A DNA stretch of 64,000 nt. Source: Eledone cirrhosa (taxonomy: Eukaryota). The notes under the pieces were generated by a model, which worked only from the letters and a program-made list of their open reading frames with translations, was not told the DNA's origin and ran no database searches. Positions 52,083-62,900 of the stretch are shown here, in pieces (the stretch's first letter is position 1; every line of letters starts with the position of its first letter). Location of the stretch: contig OZ024761.1 in the NCBI GenBank assembly GCA_964016885.1, positions 8,370,001 to 8,434,000 of the forward strand, written 5' to 3'. A program made the position numbers and the translations under genes.

Positions 52083-52368
52083 ATGTTGGTGCCACGCCAT
52101 CCAGGCCGAAACAAATGAGATCGTGTAGGTGTCACGACAAAAAAACACACAGTCCACGCTGTAATGTGGCCGTGTAGGCAACACGGTAAAAACCTCCCAG
52201 ACCCACACTGTGAATGTGGTTGGTGTTAGGAAGGGCATCCAACTGTAGAAAACCTGCCAGACAGTCCTATGCGAGCAAGACAATCACTCTTGCCTCAAGT
52301 GGGAATACCCCCGTCCAAACCCATGCAAGCGTGGAACACGGACGTTAAACGTTGATGACGATGATGAT
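52083..52368 (+). mobile_element. RTE LINE 3' UTR fragment
   Basis: Matches 32497-32786. Confidence 0.85.
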
Positions 52369-52448
52369 ATATATATATATGTACATATGTGTGTGTGTCT
52401 GTCTGTCTGTGACTGGTGAATACAGGTCACAGACACCCACATATATAT

Positions 52449-53268
52449 ACTAGCAGAGGTACCCGACGTTGCTCGGGTATTAAATAGCATTCATGTCAAT
52501 ACTTCAGTGCTGCTTCGAAAACTATACTTGTACAAAAACATCGGCTTTTTCCAAAAGGAGATTCTTGCCCCCAGGCGTCCCCTACTCAATATGCGCCAAT
52601 TCTGAGTGTTCAAATTCACCTGTAGAACATACATAGCCCATGTGCCAAGTTTAGTGAAAATCGGTTGTGAACTCCAGAAGTTATGACGTTTTGTTGCATT
52701 GCACTGCAGTGCTTCAGTCGGCTCCAAGGAAGCAGTTAAAGGGGGTTATCTGCTCCAGGGGGCCCTATAATCAATATCTGGAAAAATGAAAGTGCTCATG
52801 ACCGTCCGGAGTACATAAGAACCGAAGTCTTAAATACAACACTGCTCGTAGTTTTCTAACTCTCTTGCAGTATCTTTACGTTCAGCATCTTGTGATCGTC
52901 TAATTGCAGCCTCCATTGACGAGTCATCTGCTTTTCTTCTTTTTCCTCTCTCAGCATTCGCCGTTTTTCGACCAATAGCAGATCTCTTCCTTGGAGGCCT
53001 TTTCTAAGGAAAGAGGACGTAACTAAGATGAGTAAAATGTTAACCAACAATTATTTAAGTTTTGCACATGTGACATGATTATCACGGTGATCCAGAGCCA
53101 GCCTTCGTCCACCTAGGGGCTGCATTAGATAAAAACCTGACAATGTTATGAGTCCACAACACTTCTGGGAACATAACACGTTTGTTCCAAATTTGAAGAA
53201 AATCGGTTGCAAACTGTACAAGTTATATGGGTACGGACATACACAGAAATCCTCAGTTTTATATATAT
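52449..53268 (+). mobile_element. Probable Helitron/Helentron-associated non-autonomous element (HINE-like)
   Basis: Begins ACTAGCAGAGGTACCCGACGTTGCTCGGGTA (subterminal hairpin) and ends ACGGACATACACAGA...TTTTATATATA, within a TA tract. Confidence 0.55.
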
Positions 53269-53290
53269 CTATCTATATGTATATATATAT

Positions 53291-53899
53291 GTCAGGTCAC
53301 CAGTTGGTGTTACTGGTAACATGTATCCCAGTACAACCTGTCACATGGTCTGGTCGTTGGCGACTAAACTGGCAACCCCACCAAGGTTTCTTGATGAGGG
53401 GGGTGACTTTGGACATCCTGCAGGACTAAAAACAAAACCTGTCAAAGGGCAAAGGAGCTCTTAAGAGTCAATGGCCATCCAAAATTACCAGGAGAGATGA
53501 CCCCTTAGCCTTTGTCAAGGCAGAATTCTAGGAGAAGGAAAACTCTGATATAACACCTGCAACCCTGATGGTATCCAATGATGTTGACTTGTTCTTCTTT
53601 TTGGTAAATATCATCTTGGTTAAGAGAGTGGGACTGGCTTTGTGCAGTGCCTTTGCTCACTATAAAAGCTTCACGGCACAGGCATTGCTTTATATCTGGA
53701 GATCTCTCTGCACTTGTCATCACAGGGTACAATGGGCCCAGCACTATGTGTCAGTAATTGTGTAAAAGTGTAGTGTTTGTACCAGAGTTTTCAAGTCACT
53801 GGCTGGACTAAAAAGTCACACTCGTTCAGCGCATCGGTAGGGGTTCTCCTACATGGATATAAAGTAGTGGCCGTACTCGAAAACGAGTTGGCAGCCACC

Positions 53900-53900
<1 letters not shown>
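53291..53900 (+). mobile_element. Non-autonomous RTE-related element (fuller copy)
   Basis: Flanked by (TA)n, carries an RTE-5'UTR-like motif, and matches 23002-23410. Confidence 0.65.
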
Positions 53901-53924
<24 letters not shown>

Positions 53925-53930
<6 letters not shown>

Positions 53931-54262
53931 GATTGGTGCTCTGAAATAGCGATATATACATGAATGTATGTATAGTATATTTGGCAATATATCGTATGTT
54001 TAATTAAAAACATTTACAAGACCATACACTATCAGTTTTTTTCTTTTTGGCAAAAGAAGGGAGGGAAGCTGACAGTCTGTTTCACGCTAGTTGGCAATCA
54101 TCAGAGCCACGCACTCCCCTTGTCGAAAATTATAGAAGCTGGATTCTTATAGAATTCCAGTAATAATCAAAGTAGGTATTAGGATTGGTGCTCTGAAATA
54201 GCGATGTATACATGAATGTATGTATAGTATATTTGGCAATATACCGTATGTTTAATTAAAAA
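53925..54262 (-). mobile_element. 252-bp retrozyme-like unit (1.3 copies), diverged relative of the 317-bp array
   Basis: Direct repeat GATTGGTGCTCTGAAATAGCGAT at 53931 and 54183. Shares GCTCTGAAATAGC, TTAATTAAAA and TTCTTATAGAA with the array unit. Confidence 0.75.
54068..54107 (-). ncRNA. Hammerhead ribozyme, canonical C3-G8 core
   Basis: GCU-CUGAUGA-uUGC-caacua-GCGu-GAAACA-gac-UGUC/AGC. Confidence 0.78.
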
Positions 54263-54336
54263 CCGCTATTATATATATATATATCTAAATATATCTAGTC
54301 ATTTCTATAAATATATCTATATATATATATCTATTG

Positions 54337-54409
<73 letters not shown>

Positions 54410-54507
54410 CATAATCGGAGAAAGCTAATAGCAATACTCCGGCCAAATTCCAACTCACTCAACAAACATTAGGAAATACCTGAGTATATTCCTAATTAAA
54501 TATTCCA

Positions 54508-55288
54508 TGTTTCTTCTCTCTTCATAATGTATTTTTAACTCTGATACTGGTTCAGTCTAGTTCAACCGGATTGGTCTGTCCCAGTCATTCATTGAGCAAC
54601 ATCGGTGAAGTTGGCACCCTTAACTCACGGTTGGGTGCGGATGCATTCATGTATATGTGTGTGTCCGCATGTATCTGTGTGTTTCTAAATATATTGTTAA
54701 TAACTCCCTCTGGTCGAGCAATCTTTGAGGTGTGGGGACTGCTGGAAAGCTTCCATTACTCATACTTCTCGCCTCCTTCACCACCTCTTCTACGGCTTCG
54801 ATATAAATACCCCCTCCGCCTCCGTGGTATTTTCTTCGGGGTTATAAGAGGCTTAGCTCTGTTTCTCGACCGTTATATCGCGTGACTATCTCCCCCTCCG
54901 CCTTTTGGGATTCTTTCTCACGTCGTGTAGACGCGTTCTTGAGACTAGTAAAATGAGGTATCCTCTTGATAAGTCGGCAGACCTCGCAAGGACTCTATAT
55001 CTTTATGATGTATTGTTTTTGTTTATGCCACGAAACTACGTAGTCGAGGAATCTAGGAGCAGTTTAGGTATGATACATTTTATTACTAATTATATCTAAA
55101 TGTTTCTTCTCTCTTCATAATGTATTTTTAACTCTGTTATTGGTTCAGTCTAGTTCAACCGGATTGGTCTGTCCCAGTCATTCATTGAGCAACATCGGTG
55201 AAGTTGGCACCCTTAACTCACGGTTGGGTGCGGATGCATTCATGTATATGTGTGTGTCCGCATGTATCTGTGTGTTTCTAAATATATT
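54508..55288 (+). mobile_element. ~593-bp HHR-bearing element, 1.3 tandem units
   Basis: 54508-54694 is repeated at 55101-55288. Reverse-complement homolog of 23681-24355. Confidence 0.78.
54961..55050 (+). ncRNA. Hammerhead ribozyme, U3-A8 variant, long stem II
   Basis: UCCUC-UUGAUAA-GUcGGCA...UGCCAC-GAAAC-UACGUA-GUC/GAGGA. Confidence 0.72.
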
Positions 55289-55310
55289 ATATATATATAT
55301 ATATATATTG

Positions 55311-55356
<46 letters not shown>

Positions 55357-55375
55357 CTATATATATATATTGTTC

Positions 55376-55406
<31 letters not shown>

Positions 55407-55432
55407 CTATATATATATATCTATATATATTG

Positions 55433-55506
<74 letters not shown>

Positions 55507-55992
55507 CTATATATATATATCAATAATATTAATAAATTGGAAACTAACTTTATAAAACCATATTTATTTTATTATATATATTTCAAGGGTCCCAAAATGT
55601 TTGATACACTCTCATCAGATAAAATGCAAAAGTTGTTTTACAGATAGTGACATATTCAAAACTAGAACTTAGCGTTTTGAGTTATGTTTGAATTTTTGGT
55701 GTAAAATGGAGGGGTGGATAGGGCCCCTGAGTCCAGAAAGACAACCTCTCTAGTGCTGGTGGTACGAATAAAAGCACCTAGTCTATGCTATAAAATAGAG
55801 GGGTAAAGAGGGCCCCTGAGTCCAGTAAGACAACTTCCCTAGTGTTGGTGGTACGAATCAAAGCACCTAGTCCATGCTGTAAAGTGGTGCTGGTGTTAGG
55901 AAGGGCAATTTTTTAAAATATAAAAATACAAATGAACATTATCATCATTTAACATCCATTTTCCATTCTAGCATGATTATATATGTATTTTC

Positions 55993-56122
55993 TTTCATAT
56001 AGAAATTACTTCTACAAGACTAGAACTGCTTCATTCGTAGGAAATCATCAGGAAAGGACTTTCCTGAAGATTTCATTTGAATGAAACAGTTCTAGTCTTG
56101 TAGAAGTCATTTCTATATGAAA
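55993..56122. repeat. 130-bp fold-back with HHR-like cores on both strands
   Basis: Imperfect palindrome. + strand CUGAAGA..GAAAC..GUC; - strand CUGAUGA..GAAGC..GUC. Confidence 0.6.
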
Positions 56123-56269
56123 TTTTAAAAATGCCTATACTCTACTAATTATTTAACATAGTGGCAATTGTGTAATTCTATTCAACATGAAACTCAGAGT
56201 TTGGCAAAATCTTCAAATATATTTCCAGCTTTGCCTTGGATATAAAAAATAACTGCTTTTTGGGGGGTT

Positions 56270-56535
56270 TTCTGAACCAGGGCTGATCTAAGACTAAACA
56301 ACAACCCTGCTGTATCTTGAGTTTCTTTAACCAAGAGCTGACCTAGGGCTAAACAACAGGGCTGCTATATCCTATCGGGTCTCCTTAGTCAGAGCTAATC
56401 AGGCCCTAAACATTAGCCCTGCTATATCTTGGGTCTCCTTAATCAAGGGCTAACCTGGTCCTAAACAACATCCTTACTATACTATAGCTTGGGTCTCCTT
56501 AACCAAGGGCTGACCAGGTCCTAAACAACAGCCCT
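56270..56535. repeat. Degenerate ~50-60-bp tandem repeat
   Basis: Recurrent AAGGGCTGACC.GG.CTAAACAACA.CCCTGCTATATCTTGGGTCTCC. Confidence 0.7.
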
Positions 56536-56871
56536 TAACCCTTAGCATTTACATTACGCTATATTTACTATTGTATTTTCATGATAAACACTTTATTTCA
56601 CATGATATGAAATCTACAAGATTTTGATATTATTTATTTTGAGAACAATACCTTAACATAAGTATGAGCAGCTGGTCACAGCCAATTTGAAGAGAAAGAG
56701 CTGAGAGAATTCTGGCCAGATATGACAGGTTTAAACCTTTAGTGTTCAAACCAGCCAAAACCGGCCAGAATTCTCTACCTCTCTCTGTTGAAACTGGCTG
56801 TAACTGGTCGCTCAAACTGATGTTAAGGTATTGTTCTCAAAATAAATACTTTCATAATCTCATAGATTCGA

Positions 56872-57503
56872 TATTATGTGAGATAATTATGTGAGGTAAA
56901 GCCTTTACTGTGAAAATACAATAGTATATATAGAGTAATGTAAATGTTATGTGAGATATTATGTGAGGTAAAGCCTTTACTGTGAAAATACAATAGTATA
57001 TATAGAGTAATGTAAATGTTATGTGAGATATTATGTGAGGTAAAGTCTTTACTGTGAAAATACAATAGTATATATAGAGTAATGTAAATGTTATGTGAGA
57101 TATTATGTGAGGTAAAGCCCTTACTGTGAAAATACAATAGTATATATAGAGTAATGTAAATGTTATGTGAAATATTATGTGAGGTAAAGCCTTTACTGTG
57201 AAAATACAATAGTATATATAGAGTAATGTAAATGTTATGTGAGATATTATGTGAGGTAAAGCCTTTACTGTGAAAATACAATAGTATATATAGAGTAATG
57301 TAAATGTTATGTGAAATATTATGTGAGGTAAAGCCTTTACTGTGAAAATACAATAGTATATATAGAGTAATGTAAATGCTATGTGAGATATTATATGAGG
57401 TAAAGTCTTTACTGTGAAAATACAATAGTATATATAGAGTAATGTAAATGTTATGTGAGATATTATGTGAGGTAAAGCCTTTACTGTGAAAATACAATAG
57501 TAT
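56872..57503. repeat. 72-bp MITE-derived satellite (~9 copies; resumes at 59758-59912)
   Basis: Same unit family as 10530-11960. Confidence 0.92.
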
Positions 57504-59757
57504 CATCATCATCATCATCAACGTTTAACGTCCGTGTTCCACGCTTGCATGGGTTTGGACGGGGGTAGTCCCACTTGAGGCAAGAGTGATTGTCTTGCTC
57601 GCATAGGACTGTCTGGCAGGTTTTCTACAGTTGGATGCCCTTCCTAACACCAACCACATTTACAGTGTGGGTCTGGGAGGTTTTTACCGTGTTGCCTACA
57701 CGGCCACATTACAGCGTGGACTGTGTGTTTTTTTGTCGTGACACCTACACGATCTCATTTGTTTCGGCCTGGATGGCGCGGCACCAACATAACTTTACAT
57801 AGAACGGGGTGGTGTGGATGGGGTGGGGGTGGTGGTGGTGGGACGGGGTGTATTTTGTTAGAGATGCCTACTGGCTGGAGTAGGTTTTACTATATATTTA
57901 GGTAAGGCGGGTCTTCTCTGTTACTGAGTACCGCCAAAGGTCTCGGTCCAGTGACATTGTCTTGGAGAGTGTAAGTGTGTGATGTCGGAGTTTATCAGCT
58001 CGTCCCAGGTTTTTCTAGGTCTGCCTATTCCGTGACTACCGTCTATCTTTATTGCCCTGCACTTTGTTATACAGCTATCGACTTTCATGCGCATCACGTG
58101 CCCATACCAACGTAGCCTTCTCTCGAGTAAACAACATCTGATCCCTCTTATCTCTAATTTTTTCCTTAGTTCGTTTATGCTTTGCCGTTCACGTATATTA
58201 CTGTTACACATCCAGCGGAGCATGCAAGCTTCGTTCCTCTCTAGTCTGCGTATATCCTCTGCAGACAATGCCCAGGTCTCACTGCCATGCAGCATTGCTG
58301 TTCGTATGCAGGCATCGTACAACCTGCCTTTCATTTTTAGGGAGAACCCTTTAGCAGCTAATAGTGGTATAAGCTCTCTGAACTTTTTCCAACCAGTTCT
58401 GACTCTAGCTACAGTACTTTCAGAGCACCCTCCCCCACTGCTGATTTTATCGCCCAGGTAACGGAAGCTGTCCACTATTTCTATAGAACCCTCTGCGCAA
58501 TTGAAGGAGCTAGTATTTTGTGGGCACTTGCTGCTACTTATTGCACCAGAACACCGGCCACATGTAAAATCTATGTTCTTAGTTAGCTTACCTGTGATCC
58601 CACTACATCTTTTATGCACCCATACTTTGCATTTAGGACATAAAATGGAGTTTCTACCTACGCCTTTACTACACACCGAGCACGACCATTTCCCAGAAGG
58701 GATCGCCGCCTTGTTTTCTTTCCTACAAACTAGAACTTTGGTCTTAGCCAGGTTAATTTTAAGTCCTTTTGACTCTAGGCCGTGCTTCCATGTTTGGAAT
58801 TTCTTCTCTAGCTCGGCCATTGATTCCGCTATGAGTGTCAGGTCGTCTGCGTATAGGAGTTCCCATGGGCAGCCTGTCTTGAACTCCTCTGTTATAGCCT
58901 GAAGGGCAATAATAAATAGTAAGGGGCTGAGAACAGAGCCCTGATGGACGCCAACTTTTACGCTAAGCTCTTCACTATATTCGTTGTTAATTCTAACCTT
59001 GCTGACTGTTTCTTTATACATGGCTTGTATAGCCCTCACAAGCCATTCGTCAACGCTTAGTTTTCTAAGAGCCCACCAGATAATGGAGCGGGGGACTCTG
59101 TCGAAGGCTTTTTCTAAGTCGACAAAAGCTAAGTAGAGGGGTTTACCTTTAGCTAGGTACTTCTCTTGTAGTTGTCGTACTATGAAAAGAGCGTCTGTGG
59201 TACTTTTGCCTGACACAAACCCGAACTGCATTTCATCTAGGTCAATTCTCTCTCTGATTAGTTGCGCTATTACTTTTTCCGTGACCTTCATGACCTGGTC
59301 GATTAATTTAATGCCTCTATAGTTACTCCTATCTAGGGCTTCTCCTTTACCCTTATAACAGTTAACGATGATGCTGCTATGCCAGTCCTTCGGAACAACC
59401 CCATTCTGTACGACTTGGTTAACTATGCGGGTGACCATGGTGTGTCCCACCGTGCCAGATGCCTTCAGCATCTCAGCAACTATTTCCGAAGGCCCAGCCG
59501 CCTTACCCGTCTTCATATCCTTGATTGCCTTACTTATTATACTCCCCTCGACTAACACTGCTGGTCCCTCTATTGGGTCGATATGGGGGAGACTGTCTTT
59601 CTCCCATTTATTCTCCTCATTTAGTAGCCTTTCATAGTGACACTTCCAAGCTACCTTCTTATCAGCGTCGGTGATGGCAAGTGTGCCATCGTCGTTTAGT
59701 ACACACTTCTCCCCGACAATATCACGGTTTTCCTTGACGCATTGCCTAGCAATCCTG
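57504..59757 (-). mobile_element. 5'-truncated RTE LINE inserted in the 72-bp satellite
   Basis: Open RT frame (NYRGIKL, FVDLEKAFD, QGSVLSP, YADD, FRYLG) with a PHD-like finger. A 1-nt deletion near the C-terminus relative to sister copies. (CAT)n tail. Confidence 0.95.
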
Positions 59758-59912
59758 ATATATAGAGTAATGTAAATGTTATGTGAAATATTATATGAGG
59801 TAAAGTCTTTACTGAGAAAATACAATAGTATATATAGAGTAATGTAAATGCTATGTGAGATATTATATGAGGTAAAGTCTTTACTGTGAAAATACAATAG
59901 TATATATAGAGT

Positions 59913-62900
59913 GGTTTCTTTATTTGCCACTAGGGCACATAAGGTAGGGACAGATACAAGGGGGGAAGTTTACATATAATTAACGAGTACAAAAATATAA
60001 CAATGAAATAACAACAACAAACGAAGTCCTCAATAGGGAGGGGGCATTAACATGGGTCGCACACACCCCGGAAAAAATGTGCAACCCTTCTCCTCAGGAG
60101 CACAAAGAGTAGGTGCTTCCCTCGTCTCCTCTTTTTCCTCTTCTTTCACCTACAGGCTGATATAGAGAGAAGACCCATTCACTCTGGCCATTCTCCCTAC
60201 TTTCACCCACCTTTCATAAAACTTGCTGGGGTAGAGCACCTCTCTCTCCATTCTGATCCTTCTTTTAAAATGGTATTTGAAAAAGGGGACCAGTTGTTGG
60301 CCGGAGAGAAAGGTGTCTGACCTCAGCCCTTTCAGCCTCGTCCACCATACAACTTCTTTAGCCATGGCTATCACACAGAGAAAAACCGCCTCTCCTTCGT
60401 TTTTGAAAGGGGGAGGCGGTTTGATCGTGACAATGGACTCGGTGGTCAACCGGATTGGTCCCACCCTCGACAGTAGTCGTTCCACATAGCCCCACAGGTC
60501 AGCAATGCCTGGGCAGTGTACGAATGCGTGCGCAACGGTTTCGTCATCATGCACGCATCTCGGACAGATCTTATTCAAAGGATCTCTACCCAGGCTCCCA
60601 TGCCTGTGGAGCTTGTCTCGAACGGGTAGAGCCCCTCGGTAGCACTGCCAAGCCAGGGACTTTTGGAAGTTGTCCATCGGTCCAGGGCCAAACGTCCTAC
60701 CGAACAGACTGGCCAGTTCATCTTCCTCCATGCCTAGAGCTTCTCCGAGAGCATCGTCGCACCTGCTGCGTACCAACCCTCTATAGAATGTCGAGGTGGA
60801 GTCTCCACTGATTGCCGGGTCCGCTTTCCAGAGGGCCGTGAGCGCCTGGGCACATTCAATGTACCAGTCGCCCACTTTTCTCGGTCTTTGCTTGACCCAG
60901 GATTGCAGCTCGGTGAGCGAGACGAGTCTGGGAAAGGCTCGCCTCACAAACGGGGCCCACACCGGTTGACCGGTGAGGAATACCTGGAGGTGCCGTAGCC
61001 TTAATGCGTGTTTACGCATCTGTAGCCACGGCATCCCCAGCCCTCCTTTCGAAGGGTGTTGACAGCAGATGGATCTCCTCACCAAAGGGGTCCGCTTGTT
61101 CCAAAGAAATTGGAACAGCGCGCACTCCATTTTGGCGAGGCTTTTCACTGGGCAAGGCACAACGGTCAAGCGGTAGTAGATGACGGATGCTATATAAGTA
61201 TTCGCCACCTCCGCTCGACCTTTCAGGGATAGTTTGCACTGGGCCCACTTCTGGGTGAGTGCAAACACCCTGGCCGTTACCTCGTTCCAGTTTTTCTCCA
61301 CCTGGAGGTCTGGTCCAAACCAGACCCCAAGCAGCTTCACCGGGCCCTCCGTCCAGCGTCCGACGACGTCGTTGGAGGGCATCGGTTTGCCTCTCCATGT
61401 TCCGAGTTGCAAACCGATGGACTTGTCCCGGTTCAGCTTGGCTCCTGTAAACCTTTCATATTCCTCCAGTAAGGTGCCGATCTCACCGATTTGCGAGGTT
61501 TTCGACACCATTACTGTCACGTCATCGGCGTAGGCCGACGCCGCTTTCTGCAATCCCGGTTCCAAAGGGATGCCCTGCAACCGCTCCAACTTCCGCAGTA
61601 GTGGCTCAAGAGCCAGCACATACAGTAGGGAGGAGAGAGGGCATCCCTGTCGGATGGATCGCATGATTTGGAACGGCTCCGAGAGGTGGCCGTTCACCTT
61701 GACCCTTGAGCAGACGTTGCTGCTGTGCATCGCAGCAATCCAACCCCTGAAAACGGGTCCGAAGCCTGCCGCCGCGAGCACCGCATCCAGGTAACGATGG
61801 TCAACCCTATCGAAAGCTTTAGATTGATCCAAGTTGATCAGGGCCCCACCAAAGCCGGGTTCATTCCCTACCCTCTCTATGATGTATCGCATAAGGTGGA
61901 GATTGTCGTGAATGGACCTGGACGGGATTGCGCATGTCTGCGCTTCTCCCACCAGGTTTCCGACGACAAGCGCCAACCTCTTCGCTAACACCTTGGCCAA
62001 AATCTTTAACTCTGTATTTAGCAGAGTTATGGGCCTGAAGTTACTTATGTCATCCCCCTTGTTCTCATCCTTCCTCATCAGCGTAACTACGCCCTTGGTC
62101 ACAGAACTGGGAATTCTCCCGTTCTGCTGCCAGTTGCAGTAGACCGCTTCGAGGATATCGGAGAACAAGTCCGGCATCGCTACATATAGCTCGTATTGTA
62201 GACCATCGAGACCCGGGGATTTGCGTTTGCCGCATTGGCTCAGCGCCACCCCTATCTCAGCAGCTGAAATCGTCCTTTCGCAGGACTTCGCCTCCGCGTC
62301 CGAGAGGCGCGGCAGACCGTCGAGGTATGGATTGAAATCCATAGTCTCACCTGGCGCGCCGCCCCTCTCGAACAGTCGTGCAAAGTGCCGCTGAAAGGCC
62401 GCACACATCTGCCCAGGTTCAAGGATCACACGCCCATCCTGGTCCTTCAAAGACCGAATCGTGGACTTGTTCCCACTTTTTGCCTCTGTCACTCGGGCCC
62501 AGCTCACAGCTTTGGCTCCCTCATTACCCAGAGCACGTATTTTACTCCTGACAACGCAGCCTTCATGCTTCACCTCAAAGAACTGGTCTAAGGCCATTCT
62601 TGATGCCAGCACGCCGGCTACATTGCCACTCCTAATCGCCTCTTCTACTCTATCTACTAATTCCCTTTCCATCTTGTTCCTATCCCTTGCTAATTCCTGA
62701 CTAAAACCTATGGATTCTATTCTAATTGCTCTCTTAAGAGAGCTCCACCACCTGTTGTTGACAATTGCCCCTGTCAAACTCTGCTTAACTAACGTGCTAA
62801 TCCGTTTACTGTAAGCTTTGCTTCTCGGTAAGGATAAGTTCAGCTTCCAGTAACCGGGTCCCTGTCTATGGGTTCTATCAAGGTTGGCTATGCAGGTCAC

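Noticed and set aside
53390-53402. TTGATGAG core-like word
   Set aside because: U3 with G8 is uncompensated and there is no downstream stem II/GAAA arrangement.
23002-55288. Apparent 30-kb-spaced inverted segmental duplication (23-24.5 kb vs 53.5-55.3 kb)
   Set aside because: Element order is not colinear for an inversion and the endpoints differ, so independent insertions fit better.
57921-59930. N-terminus of the 669-aa ORF (MANKETTLYILLYF...)
   Set aside because: The first ~58 codons are read-through from the Tx1 tail and 72-bp satellite. The RTE is 5'-truncated at 59757.
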